A stretch of DNA of 64,000 nucleotides from an uncultured bacterium (GCA_937139365.1 CAKZPT010000091.1:1974-65973); one strand, 5' to 3'; shown: positions 8,973 through 19,253, counted from the stretch's first letter. Notes: generated from the sequence alone by a model not told the origin. A program made the numbers and translations.

Positions 8973-9717
8973 TCGCGCCGGGGCGACGTTGGTCGAGACC
9001 CTGGCCGTCGTCGCGGTCATTGCGGCGACGCTGGCCTTGTTGGCCCCCGGGCTGCGCGCCGCGCGGGACGGCGCGTTGAGGGCGGCCTGCGCCTCCAACC
9101 TCCGCCAAGTTCACATGGCTTGGACCGCGTATCTGGCGGATCACGAAGGCCGGTTTTTCCCGTTTCGCGAGGACGTCGCCGGCGGCGTGTTGTGGTACTG
9201 GGGTTTCGAGCCCGGGGGAGGCGGGCCGGAGGGCGACCGTCCGCTGGACAAGAGCCGCGCGCGGCTGGCGCCGTACCTCGACCATGGCGCGGCGGAAATC
9301 TGTCCGACGCTGCCGTTGCGCGCCCCCTATTTCAAACGCAAATTTCAGATCGCAAGCTACGGATACGGCCTGAACGGCTATCTGCTCGACGGATTGCCGG
9401 GAACGGCCCGGATGGGAGTGATGCTGCTGCAGGACGTCCAACGGCCGGCGGAGACGATCGCCTGGGGCGACTGCATCCAAATCAATACGTGGCAGGCGCC
9501 CGCCTCGCCCGAACGGCCGATGCTGGAGGAGTGGTACGTCCTCGACAATTTCCCGCCGCCCCATTTCCATTTCCGCCACGGGCGGCGCGCGAACGTGACG
9601 ATGGTGGATGGCAGCCTGCGGACCTTCGAGCCCCATTCGCTGGATCCTCGCTGCGACGGCCGGGCCGGCTATATCGATCCGCCGAGGGAAGAGCGATGGC
9701 TGCTGACCCGAAAGTGA
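8959..9717 (+). CDS. Prepilin-type N-terminal cleavage/methylation domain protein with DUF1559 (H-X9-DG) domain
   Basis: N-terminus GATLVETLAVVAVIAATLALLAP is pseudopilin-like. The C-terminal motif is HGRRANVTMVDGS, i.e. H-X9-DG. The gene overlaps the 3' end of the PEP-CTERM gene by 14 bp, so it is probably co-transcribed. Confidence 0.7.
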   Translation: MERNNRAGATLVETLAVVAVIAATLALLAPGLRAARDGALRAACASNLRQVHMAWTAYLADHEGRFFPFREDVAGGVLWYWGFEPGGGGPEGDRPLDKSRARLAPYLDHGAAEICPTLPLRAPYFKRKFQIASYGYGLNGYLLDGLPGTARMGVMLLQDVQRPAETIAWGDCIQINTWQAPASPERPMLEEWYVLDNFPPPHFHFRHGRRANVTMVDGSLRTFEPHSLDPRCDGRAGYIDPPREERWLLTRK

Positions 9718-9758
9718 GCCGCCGCCGCGCGTGAACTTCGGGCCTCCGGCCGGCTATA

Positions 9759-10610
9759 GTGGGGCCGATGCGGATCCGAATCGAGAGCGCGCGAAACGAG
9801 CGGGTGAAACTGGCGGTCCGGCTCCGGGATCGCCGTGCTCGCGACGAAGAAGGCCTGACGTTGATCGAAGGTTACCGCGAAAACCTCCGCGCCCTCGAGG
9901 CCGGGGTCCGGCCGGCCGCGTTCTTTTTCTGCCGGGACCTGTTCCTTGGCTCGAACGAGGACGACCTCTTGCGGCGGGCAGCGGCCGCCGGGGCCGACCT
10001 GCTCGACTGCGCGGAGCCGGTGTTCCGTCGAATATCCTATCGCGACCGTCCCGACGGGCTTCTCTCGATCGCGCCGATTGTCCGGCGCACCTTGGCCGAC
10101 CTGATCCTACCAGCCGCGCCGTTGCTGCTGGTGGTCGAGAGCGTGGAGAAACCGGGCAACCTTGGGACGATGCTGCGCAGCGCGGACGCGGCGGGGGCGG
10201 ACGCGGTGGTGATGTGCGATCCGCGGACCGACCTGTACAACCCGAACACCGTCCGGGCGAGCCTCGGCACGCTGTTCACCGTGCCGGTTACGGTCGCTTC
10301 CAGCCCGGAGGCGCTCTCGTGGTTGCGGGCGAGGAAGGTGCGCATCCTCGCCGGAACGCCGTCGGCGGAGCGGCTGCACTTCGAGTGCGACATGACCGGG
10401 CCGGTCGCCATCGCGGTCGGCGCCGAGCAATATGGCCTGAGCGCCCTGTGGATGGGGGCGGCGGACGAACGGGTACGCATCCCGATGCTGGGCCGCTGCG
10501 ACTCCCTGAACGTCGCGTCGGCGGCGACGCTGCTGCTCTACGAGGCGGTCCGGCAGCGGTGGCCGTCGCGTCAGGATTCCACGACGTCCGGCCCGCCGTC
10601 GAGCGCCTGA
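9759..10610 (+). CDS. TrmH/SpoU family RNA 2'-O-methyltransferase
   Basis: SPOUT core motifs are present (VVESVEKPGNLGTMLRSADAAGADAVV ... IAVGAEQYGLS ... RIPMLGRCDSLNVASAATLLLYE). Confidence 0.75.
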   Translation: MGPMRIRIESARNERVKLAVRLRDRRARDEEGLTLIEGYRENLRALEAGVRPAAFFFCRDLFLGSNEDDLLRRAAAAGADLLDCAEPVFRRISYRDRPDGLLSIAPIVRRTLADLILPAAPLLLVVESVEKPGNLGTMLRSADAAGADAVVMCDPRTDLYNPNTVRASLGTLFTVPVTVASSPEALSWLRARKVRILAGTPSAERLHFECDMTGPVAIAVGAEQYGLSALWMGAADERVRIPMLGRCDSLNVASAATLLLYEAVRQRWPSRQDSTTSGPPSSA

Positions 10611-12559
10611 CGGACCGCGAAGAGCAGTCCGGCGCGGGTGAAAGGCTTGGAGATCACCGGCACGCGGGCCCGCTCGGAGACGGTCGCGAACGGTTCGTGC
10701 GCGTAGCCGGTCATGCACATGGCGCGCAGCTCGGGACGGAGCTTCAACATCCGGTCGATCAGCTCAGGCCCCGAGAGGCCCGGCATGATGATGTCGGTGA
10801 GCACCAAGTCGAACCGCGATGGCTCCCGTTCGAACGCGTGCAGCGCCTCGATGCCGTTGGACGCCTCGACCACCTCGTAGCCGCCGGCCTTCAGCATCCG
10901 GCCGGCGAGGTTCAGGACGCCCCGCTCGTCGTCCACCACGAGGATGGTTTCGGTTCCGCCCCGCACCGTTGCGGAGCGGTCGGGGGCGGCGATGGGCACG
11001 GTGTCGGGCTGGTAGGGGAAGTAGAGCGTGAACACCGTCCCCCCCTCGGGTCGCGCGGCGACCTCACACCCGCCGCCAAAGGCCAGCGCAATGGACCGGA
11101 CCACGGCCAGCGCCATTCCGGTGCCTTTTTCGCCGGGGCGACGATAGAAGGGCTCGAAGGCGTGGGCGAGGTCCTCCTGGGTCGGCGTCGGCCCGTTGTC
11201 CTCGACCTGCAGGCGCACCAACGCCCCCTCGGGCAGGCCGGGCCGCGTCCGGACGAACTCCGCGTTGACGACGACGACGTCGGTGGATAGCTGGAGGCGT
11301 CCGTGCGGCGGCAGCACGTCCCGTGCGCGGATCGCAAGGTTCATCACCGCCTGGCTCAGGCGGCCGGGATCGCCGACGATGATGCAGGGCTGTTCGTCGA
11401 GCAGCGTGACCAGCTCGATGTCCTTGCCCATCGTCCGGCGCAGCAGGCGGTCCATGTCGCGGACGACCTCGTTGACGTCCATCGGGACCCGCTCGCCCTC
11501 GCTGGAGCGTCCAAACGTCTGAAGCTGGCGCACCAGCGTTTCGGCTCGCCGGGCCGCCTGCATCATTTCTGCGATGTCGTTTCGCGCGGTTTCGGGGATG
11601 CCGGGGTCGTGCTCCAGCAGTTGGCCGTAGCCGAGAATGGCCGTGAGCATGTTGTTGAAGTCGTGGGCGATGCCGGCCGACAGACGGCCGATCGTCTCCA
11701 TTTTTTGGAGTTCGGCGAGGCGTTCGCGGCTGGCGTTCAGCTCCTCCTCCGCTCGGCGGCGGTCGGTCAGGTCCCGGATGTGCAGGATCGCCGCCATCTG
11801 TCCCTCGGCGCCGATGCGGCTGGCGCGAATCTCCACCTCGATCGCCCGACCCTCGGCGCCGTACAGCCAACGGTCGCGGCCGCTCCGATCGCCCTGAAAC
11901 CACTGCTTGAGGTCCTGCCGGAGCTCGGCCGTGCGGTCGGGCGGCGTCAGCTCCAGCAGGGTTCGCCCTAGCAGTGTGTCCCGGCGATGGCCAGTCAACG
12001 CCGTGGCGGCGGGGTTGGCTTCGAGAATAGTTCCGTCGGATCCCACAACGACGATGGCGTCGGGGGAGTTTTCCACCAGCAGGCGATAGCGCTCCTCCAT
12101 CGCCCAAAGATCGCTGGTGCGCTTGCGGAGGACCGTTTGAAGCGCCCGCTGGCGGCGCAGGGCGTCCGATCGCCGGCGGAGGCAGCGAACCAAGGCGATG
12201 ACGACGGTCTCGAACGATGCCGGTTCGCCCTCGTCGAGAACCACCTCCGCACCCGCCGCCACGAGCGCCCGGCGTTGTTCGTCGGAAACTGGACCTTTGG
12301 ACGCGACCACCACCGCCGGCCCGAGGGTGGCTGGATCACTCCGTGCCTGGCGGCACAACTCCGCCACCGCCGGGTCGTCGGGCCGGGCGAACGCAACGAC
12401 CACGTCCGGCGCGTCGTCGCCCGTTACGCGCGGTCCGGCGGCCGACGGCGAGGGCACCGCGTCCACCCGGCAATCGCCCAATTCACCGGCAATCCTTCCG
12501 CGAAACCGCGAAAGAACATCGCCGGGGGCGCCAGCCACGAGAATGTGGCCATTTTTCAT
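10571..12559 (-). CDS. Hybrid sensor histidine kinase / response regulator: N-terminal pseudo-receiver, PAS, HisKA, HATPase_c, C-terminal REC
   Basis: H-box is RLSAGIAHDFNNMLTAILGY. G-boxes GTGMALAVV and GGTVFTLYFP are present. The C-terminal receiver reads ILVVDDERGVLNL...DLVLTDIIMPGLSG. Confidence 0.8.
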   Translation of the reverse strand: MKNGHILVAGAPGDVLSRFRGRIAGELGDCRVDAVPSPSAAGPRVTGDDAPDVVVAFARPDDPAVAELCRQARSDPATLGPAVVVASKGPVSDEQRRALVAAGAEVVLDEGEPASFETVVIALVRCLRRRSDALRRQRALQTVLRKRTSDLWAMEERYRLLVENSPDAIVVVGSDGTILEANPAATALTGHRRDTLLGRTLLELTPPDRTAELRQDLKQWFQGDRSGRDRWLYGAEGRAIEVEIRASRIGAEGQMAAILHIRDLTDRRRAEEELNASRERLAELQKMETIGRLSAGIAHDFNNMLTAILGYGQLLEHDPGIPETARNDIAEMMQAARRAETLVRQLQTFGRSSEGERVPMDVNEVVRDMDRLLRRTMGKDIELVTLLDEQPCIIVGDPGRLSQAVMNLAIRARDVLPPHGRLQLSTDVVVVNAEFVRTRPGLPEGALVRLQVEDNGPTPTQEDLAHAFEPFYRRPGEKGTGMALAVVRSIALAFGGGCEVAARPEGGTVFTLYFPYQPDTVPIAAPDRSATVRGGTETILVVDDERGVLNLAGRMLKAGGYEVVEASNGIEALHAFEREPSRFDLVLTDIIMPGLSGPELIDRMLKLRPELRAMCMTGYAHEPFATVSERARVPVISKPFTRAGLLFAVRQALDGGPDVVES

Positions 12560-12606
12560 ACGGGCTTATTGGACACTATACCGTCGGCGCCGCCCCTGCA
12601 ATCCCT

Positions 12607-13551
12607 TTATTTGCCGGCATGGCCATCCTCGAGCATCCGCGTGCCGTGGGGGTCCATGGAGGTCACCCAGCTTCGGGAGGCGATGCCCATTGCGTTGAAG
12701 GTCAGCACCATCTGCTGCTCGATCGCGCGGGCCTTCCCGGGGTTGTCCGTGATCGCGAAGACGGTTGGGCCGGAGCCGGAGATGGCCATGCCGTCTGCCC
12801 CGGCCTTGAGGGCGTTCTGTTTGACCTGGTCGAAGCCTTTGATCAGGCGCGCCCGCACCGGCTCAATGACGACGTCGTGCAGGCTGCGCGCAAAAAGGGA
12901 ATAGTCGTTCTTGGCGAACGCGGCGGTGATCAGCGCCGTGTTGGCCATGTTGGCGACGAAGGCGCTCATCGGGACCGTGGCCGGCAGGATGCGCCGCGCG
13001 TCGCGGGTCAATACGGTGATGGACGGCGTGACCAGGACGATGCGCAGCCGACGGACGATCCCGATGCGCGTTACGTCGAGCGGGACGCAGCATCGCGTCA
13101 GCGTGGCGCCGCCGAGGAGCGCGGGGGCGGTGTTGTCGGCGAAGAACCCGCCCGACACCTCCGCCTCCGCCTGGGTTGCGGCGAGGATTAACTGTTCGGT
13201 GCTCAGATGCCGGCCGTAGAGCCAGTTGGCCGCGAAGGCGCCAGCGGCCGCCGAGGCGGCGCTGGAGCCGAGGCCTGAGCCGGCGGGAAGCCCCTTGTGG
13301 ATACGCAAGTCGAGCCCCCCTGTCTCGCCGAGGATTTTCAACACGTTGGCGGCGGCCAGCGAGGCGGTGTTGCGGGAGGGATCGGACGGCAACGGGGTGG
13401 GGGAGCGGATTTCGAGAATCCGGATGCCCCGGCGTCGCCGGCGGGCCCAGACGACGTCGCCGAGGCCCTTTACCGCCATGCCCAGCACATCGAAGCCGGG
13501 CCCGATGTTGCCGATGGTGGCCGGCGAAAACACCCGGAACCATCCGCTCAT
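12607..13551 (-). CDS. thrB: Homoserine kinase
   Basis: GHMP kinase motif (PAGSGLGSSAASAAAGAFAAN). The start is at MSGWFRVFSPATIGNIGPGFD (ATG 13549-13551). It overlaps the thrC stop by 4 bp. Confidence 0.8.
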   Translation of the reverse strand: MSGWFRVFSPATIGNIGPGFDVLGMAVKGLGDVVWARRRRRGIRILEIRSPTPLPSDPSRNTASLAAANVLKILGETGGLDLRIHKGLPAGSGLGSSAASAAAGAFAANWLYGRHLSTEQLILAATQAEAEVSGGFFADNTAPALLGGATLTRCCVPLDVTRIGIVRRLRIVLVTPSITVLTRDARRILPATVPMSAFVANMANTALITAAFAKNDYSLFARSLHDVVIEPVRARLIKGFDQVKQNALKAGADGMAISGSGPTVFAITDNPGKARAIEQQMVLTFNAMGIASRSWVTSMDPHGTRMLEDGHAGK

Positions 13552-14924
13552 GGTTCCCTCGCAAGCCGCCGGTGGAGCGCCTCGTAGTCGGGGGCCAGCG
13601 GCTCCACCGCGGCAGTTCGTCCCCCCAGCCGCTCGAACGAAGGCGGCTGCAGCGGGGCGAAGCCCAGTTCGCGTTCCATCACTTCGGGAAACTTCGCCGG
13701 ATGCGCAGTCTCCAGGCAGATGGCGACTTCGCGTCCGCGGCCGGCACGCTCGAGCGCTTCGACGCCGACGGCGCCGTGCGGTTCCAGCAGCACGCCCCGC
13801 TCGTGCCACGCGCGTCGGATCCGCTCGACGGTCGCGGCGTCGTCGACCGAGACCGATTCCAGGCGGGCCCGCATCGCGTCGAGGTCGGGCGCCCGCTCCA
13901 CGCGGCCCTCCCGGGTGAGACGCCCTCCGTACCAGTCGAAGTACCGCGCGAGGTTGCTCGGATTACCAACGTTCATCGCGTTGGACAGGCACGCGCGGGA
14001 CGGCGAGAGCGGCTCGTAGCGGCCGGTCGCCAGAAACCGCGGAAACTCGTCGTTCGCGTTCACTGCCAGGATCAGCCGCGCCACGGGCAGCCCCATCCTG
14101 CGGGCCAGCTCGCACCCGAAGGAGTTGCCGAAGTTGCCCGACGGCACCGAAAAGGTCACCGGCTCCCCTGCGCGGGCCGTCCGCAGCCACGCGTACACAT
14201 AGTACACCGCCTGCGGCAGGATCCGGCCGATGTTGATCGAGTTGGCCGACGTCAACCCGTGGCCGGCCAGCCGCGGGTCAAGAAACGCCTCCTTGACCAG
14301 CGACTGACAAAGATCGAACGTCCCGTCCACCGACAGCGCGGTCACGTTGTCGCCGATGTGGTCGAGCTGAAATTTCTGAATCCGGCTGACCTCGGCGGCG
14401 GGATAGAGCAGAAACACGCGAAATCCCTCGAGCCCTCGGAACGCCTCGCCCACGGCGCTTCCGGTGTCGCCCGAGGTTGCCACCAACACGGTGCGCCGAC
14501 GGCCCGGCGGACGCAGGGCTGCCATCATCCGGGCCATCCAGCGGGCTGCGAAATCTTTGAACGACGCCGTCGGCCCGCGGTCGAGCCGCAGGAGCCACAC
14601 CCCCTCCTCATAGGCCTCGAGCGGCACCTCGAAGTCGTACGCGTCGGCGCAGAGGCTCCGGAAGGCCGCGCGCCCGATGCCGCAGTCCTCGACAAAGGGC
14701 CACAGAACATAGTCGGCGATCTCCGCGTAGGAAGCGCCGCGGAGCCGCTCAAGGTCATCGGGGGTCAGCCGCGGCAACCGTTCGGGTAGGTAGAGACCAC
14801 CGTCCGGGGCCAGCCCCCGTTCGAGGGCTTCAGCGAACGACACGGCCGCCGGATCACCCCCCGGCCGTTGCCGGTTTGTGCTGATGTAACGGATCGCGTT
14901 CACGACCGAAAGGATATACATCAA
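13548..14924 (-). CDS. thrC: Threonine synthase
   Basis: PLP-enzyme fold with ThrC-type motifs (GPTASFKDFAARWMA ... SGDTGSAVGEAF). Sits immediately upstream of thrB in an operon. Confidence 0.8.
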   Translation of the reverse strand: MMYILSVVNAIRYISTNRQRPGGDPAAVSFAEALERGLAPDGGLYLPERLPRLTPDDLERLRGASYAEIADYVLWPFVEDCGIGRAAFRSLCADAYDFEVPLEAYEEGVWLLRLDRGPTASFKDFAARWMARMMAALRPPGRRRTVLVATSGDTGSAVGEAFRGLEGFRVFLLYPAAEVSRIQKFQLDHIGDNVTALSVDGTFDLCQSLVKEAFLDPRLAGHGLTSANSINIGRILPQAVYYVYAWLRTARAGEPVTFSVPSGNFGNSFGCELARRMGLPVARLILAVNANDEFPRFLATGRYEPLSPSRACLSNAMNVGNPSNLARYFDWYGGRLTREGRVERAPDLDAMRARLESVSVDDAATVERIRRAWHERGVLLEPHGAVGVEALERAGRGREVAICLETAHPAKFPEVMERELGFAPLQPPSFERLGGRTAAVEPLAPDYEALHRRLAREP

Positions 14925-14952
14925 CCCGTTTTCCGGGCGTGGCGCAAGCGGG

Positions 14953-15026
14953 TGGGCCCGGCAGGACTCGAACCTGCGACCAGAAGATTATGAGTCTCCC
15001 GCTCTGACCGCCTGAGCTACGGGCCC
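14953..15026 (-). tRNA. tRNA with anticodon CAT: tRNA-Met (elongator-type anticodon stem) or tRNA-Ile2 (lysidine)
   Basis: The reverse complement folds as a cloverleaf: acceptor GGGCCCG/CGGGCCC, D-arm GCTC..GAGC, anticodon loop CUCAUAA, T-loop GGTTCGAGTCC, discriminator A. CCA is not encoded. The three G-C pairs typical of an initiator anticodon stem are absent. Confidence 0.75.
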
Positions 15027-15095
15027 CTCGGCGCTGCGACACCTAGTCTAGCATGCTGCCACCGGCGCGGAGAAACTCTCGGGGCGCCAACCGGA

Positions 15096-18000
15096 TCAGG
15101 GACGGCCCGCCTCCGCGACCTCGCGGGCGACGATGGGCGCAACGATGCGGAAGCCGACGTTGAACACGCGCCGCCATTCGGGATACGCCCACCGGGCGGC
15201 TGCGCTCACCCGGCGGGGCGGGTCGAAGAACGAACCGCTGCGCACGACCCTTGGCCCGAGTGCGGCAGGGTCGTTTCGGCCGTCCTCGTCAATCCATGGG
15301 TAGGGGGCGTATCGCGATAGAGTCCACTCCGCCGCGTTGCCGATCATGTCGGCCAAACCGAGGCGGTCGGTCCCGGACACGCCCACGGGGGCGGTCACGA
15401 CATGGCCGTCGTCGTGGCTGGCGGGCGCAGCCCCCTCGCCGTCCACCCAGAGGTGCTCTACCCCGCCGGTGATCAAGGGCTGGCCCGCCAGCGGTGCGAG
15501 GAAGGCGGCGTCGGCAAGGTTCGGAAGAATGCTGACGGGCGGCTCTGCCGCCGCGCGGGCCGCGTACTCCCACTGGGCCTCGGTCGGCAGTTCGAAACGC
15601 TCCCCCGTGATGTCGCTGAGGCGCCGGCAGAATTCCCGGGCGTCGAGCCACGACACCCGGCCGACCCACTAGTCGTCGCCGTCCAGCGAAAGACCATCGC
15701 CCTCCGGTTGCGCATGGCGCCGGAGATACCGACCGCTCGAGTGTCCCGGCATCAGCCGCCGGAACTGGCGGTTCGAGATCTCGGTCCGCGACATCCAAAA
15801 CGGCGCCACGCGCACCCGGCAGGGCGGGGCCGTGTCGTTCGGGCCCGCGTCGGTCCCCATCGTGAACTCGCCCCCGGGGATCTCGACCAGTTCGATCCGC
15901 ACACCGTCCCCGAGGTCGAGGACGCGATCCCTGCCAGGCTGGGGATGCAGCGGTGAAACGGGGGGCGGCGGCTGAATCCCGGTGGCGGCGCTGGGGGAAA
16001 AAGGCGGGGGCCGGTACGGCCGGGTTTCCGGTATGGCCTCGGGATCGTCGGGCGGCCCGCCCGCCATCGCCCACATCTCCATCCGGCGCCGATGCATTGG
16101 GGCCACAAGCGGCGAGATTTCGCCCCACGTGCCGAAAAAGGGGGCGTTGAGATCCGCCCAGGTAACGAGCCGTTCCCACCCCTCCCGGTCCAGAGCCACG
16201 CCGCGGTGGCCAGAGCGAAGCATTTGAACGAGCGGGCTGGTGTCGACGTGGTATTCGCCGGGCCCGAGGAGTCCGACCCCGTCCTCGATGCCCACCCGGC
16301 GGACACGGGCCACGAGGGCATCGTAGGCGGGGGAATGGCGGATGCGGCCGCCCGTCGCCTCGCGCATGGCCGCCGGCATGCGATCGATGGCGAGTTTCGA
16401 TAGCGGATGGCAGCGTACTCCGGCGCTCCGCCGCGGAGGTCGGGCAGCGAGGAGTCGATGCCGTTGTGACAGCGGACACAGTGGTGGTCGAGCACTGGCT
16501 GAACCTCGCGGGAGAACGAGAAGCCGCGCGGCGGTCCCAGCCAGGGCTGTGGGGCCGCCGGCGACCGGCCGAGCGCGTGCCCAGCCCTGGCGGGCGGGGC
16601 ATGGTGGGCCGGCTCGTGGCGGCCGACGCAGGAGACGTGTTCGCCGGGCATGGCCGTGTAGCAGCTCCGCATGATCTGCACGGCCGCGCCGTCGGCATCG
16701 ATGGCCTGGAAGGCGAGCGGCGTGCGCGCCGGCACGCGGAAGAACGCCGAGCCATCGTTCTCGACGGGCACGGTTCCGATGATGCGCATGGCATCCCACG
16801 GACCCCCGCGGCCGATCAGGTCGGGGCCGGCCGTGTCGAGGTAGCCGAAGTGGAAGGCAACCAGCCGTAGCGCACGGACCGTGCCGCGGGGCACGCCGGC
16901 GAGACCGGGCCCCTGGTACACGTCGTGGATGTAGACGATGGCGTCCGTTTGCGACTCGTCGACCCGGTCCGGAATCGCCGGCGGCCTCGGGCGGGGCACG
17001 AGGACGATCGGCTCCAAAAGAGCGTCACCGGGCATCTCGAAGAACGGGACAACGTTGTCGTGGACGTCGGCCACGGCCAGCGCCCAGTTCGAGGTCGGCG
17101 ACGCCTTCACCGAGACCGGCATCGTGGTCTCGTCCACCGGTCACGGAGTAAGGAACCTCGGCCAGGCGCCGCCGACGAGGGGTTGTCGGCGATGCGGCGT
17201 TCCACGGGCTGTCCGCAGCCCGAGATCCGGGGAATTCCACCCCCCTCGGCGGCGCCGAGCCGCGTGTCCTCGACCGCCAGCCATCCCATGCGGTGGGGCC
17301 CGCGGTAGCCGCTGAGAATCGCCGCAATCCGGCCCGGCGCGCCGGGCATCTCGCGCGGGAAATAGAGCGCGTTTGGGAACCACGAATTGCTGCCGTACAG
17401 GGCCCGCTGTCCGGTGCCGTCGGGGTTCATCGCCGTCAACAGCCGCAAGGAATATGTGGTTGATGCCGGCGTATTCCCAGCGGCTGTACACGACCTGTCC
17501 GTTCGAGAGGACGGCGGGGTGGAGGTCGTGGTCTGGTCGAAGCAAAGCTGCCGCAAGCCACTTCCATCGGCGTTCATGCGGTAGAGGACGCAGACGCGCT
17601 TGAGGCCGTGCCAGCAGGGCACGGACTGAAACGTCGCCGTGGCGCCGAACACGATGCGGCCGTCGGGCAGCCAACACGGATCGAAGGCATGCACCTCGTG
17701 CGGCAGACGCGAGACCGTCCGGACGCCGGTTCCGTCCGCACCGATCTCGCACACCTCCCAGCCGTTGGGCGTGGAGCGGGTGAACAACAGGCTATGGCCG
17801 TCCCAATCTGGATCCACCTCGCCGACGTAACCGCCCTCTGGTGGCGCATACAGGGGGGCCCACCGCCATCCGACCGGTGAGCGCTCGAGACGGCCGATCT
17901 CATTGTCGTAGCCGGTCCGTTCGAGGGAACTGTTGCACTCGTGGTTGGACGGCAGGCTGATCTCGCGTCCGTCGTCGCCGCTCCAGGAGATCCGTTGGTC

Positions 18001-18366
18001 GGACCCGCTGCGGCGGCGCCGTTCCTGGACAAGGTTCTTTGGGCTGCGGCGAACCGCCAGCACGGGCATGCCGCGCAGCCGCGGATGGTCCAGTAAGGAT
18101 TTCCCGGGCGAGCGCCGCGGCGTGGCCGGCGAGGGCCGACGCCTCGCCGGCATCGGTCGTCAAGCGGCGGCCGGCCACTCCAGCGCGGCCCGATGCTCCG
18201 GGGCGCGCGGATATTCGTCGCCGTATCGCCTCTCCAGGTCGTCCACCGTCCGCCGCAGGGCGGAGATTCGGTGCCGGAGCCACACATCGCCTTCGGCGGG
18301 ACCGCCCCCTGCGCCGGCGACGGCCACAAGCGTGGCCGCAACCACGGTCTGGCAGATCGGGTGCAT
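15096..18366 (-). pseudogene. Disrupted gene for a roughly 1100-aa secreted multi-domain protein. Domains in order: signal peptide, PD40-like beta-propeller, HzsA-middle-like domain with a CXXCH heme-c motif, C-terminal FGE-sulfatase (SUMF1-like) domain.
   Basis: Homology is continuous but jumps between reading frames. The signal-peptide-like ORF is at 18160-18366. PD40 repeats (DGRIVF, NADGSG) are at 17620-18153. A shift occurs near 17600-17750. The middle domain ...VQPVLDHHCVRCHNG (CVRCH = CXXCH) lies in frame 15752-17137. A shift near 16350 leads into frame 15669-16799 carrying FGE motifs (RIELVEIPGGEFTMGTD). An in-frame TAG at 15669-15671 interrupts the conserved FGE core (..DGDD*WVGRVSWLDAREFC...RLPTEAQWEYAARA), which then continues to 15096. 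Confidence 0.55.
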
Positions 18367-18385
18367 GCGACGTCAACCTATGCGG

Positions 18386-19192
18386 GGGCCATCCCGGCCG
18401 TCAACCGGATCTCTGACCCGCTTGCGGCGCGGTGAGCGGTTGGGCACCATCTCCCCCCCCGTGAGCTCTGCCAGGCCACCGGTTGTTGCCACCGCGGCGG
18501 CGCTTGCATTCACCGTCGTCGTCGGGGAGTTCGAGGCCTTGGAGGCCCGTCGGCAGATGCTTGCGCGGGCTGTGGACGGGGCGCCGACCGAGGGTCAACG
18601 CCGGCAATTGAGGGACGAGCTCTCGGAGCTGAACCGGCGGTGGCTGGCCACGCCGTCGTGGACAGGCGGGAAAACGAACGCGACGGTCCAAAAGGGCGAT
18701 ACGCTGGACCGCATTGCCCGTCGGCTGGGCGTCACGATTGAGCTGCTCCGATGGTCCAACGGCCTGACCAACGATACGATCCGGCCCGGCATGACCCTGA
18801 CGGTGCCCGTCGGCCCGGTGGAGCTGGAGGTGGACAAGTCCGACAACCTCCTGACCGTGCGGCTCGCGGGCCGATTCCTCCTCGAGTACTCGGTGGCCAC
18901 CGGCCGAGACAACTGCACTCCGACGGGGGTGTTCACGATCGTGGACCGTGTCCGAGAGCCCACCTGGTGGAGACCGTCGGACGGACGGCCGATTCCGTAC
19001 GGCCATCCGGAGCATGAGCTGGGGACCCATTGGCTGGCATGGGACCTGAAAGGGTACGGCATCCACGGGACCAGTCGCCCCGAGACGATCGGGACGCAGG
19101 CCAGCCTAGGTTGCGTGCGGATGCGCAACGAGGACGTGGCCGAGGTGTTCGCGCTGTCGCCGGTCGGAACGCGAGTGACCGTCCGCGACTGA
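18386..19192 (+). CDS. LysM domain-containing L,D-transpeptidase (YkuD family)
   Basis: One TM helix (PPVVATAAALAFTVVVG). LysM motif (ATVQKGDTLDRIARRLGVTIELLRWSNGL). YkuD catalytic motif (HGT...ASLGCVRM). The start could also be ATG 18365; the ORF-track extension back to 17933 is Arg-rich antisense of the neighbouring gene. Confidence 0.7.
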   Translation, partial: GPSRPSTGSLTRLRRGERLGTISPPVSSARPPVVATAAALAFTVVVGEFEALEARRQMLARAVDGAPTEGQRRQLRDELSELNRRWLATPSWTGGKTNATVQKGDTLDRIARRLGVTIELLRWSNGLTNDTIRPGMTLTVPVGPVELEVDKSDNLLTVRLAGRFLLEYSVATGRDNCTPTGVFTIVDRVREPTWWRPSDGRPIPYGHPEHELGTHWLAWDLKGYGIHGTSRPETIGTQASLGCVRMRNEDVAEVFALSPVGTRVTVRD

Positions 19193-19253
19193 CGTCCATT
19201 GCAAATCGCAGACAACGGCGTATCGTGCCACCGTAGGCTGGCGCGAGGGTTTC

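Noticed and set aside
17933-18365. Upstream 144-codon extension of the L,D-transpeptidase ORF
   Set aside because: Arg-rich. It is antisense to the PD40 segment of the neighbouring gene. The real protein begins near the TM helix after ATG 18365 or 18386.
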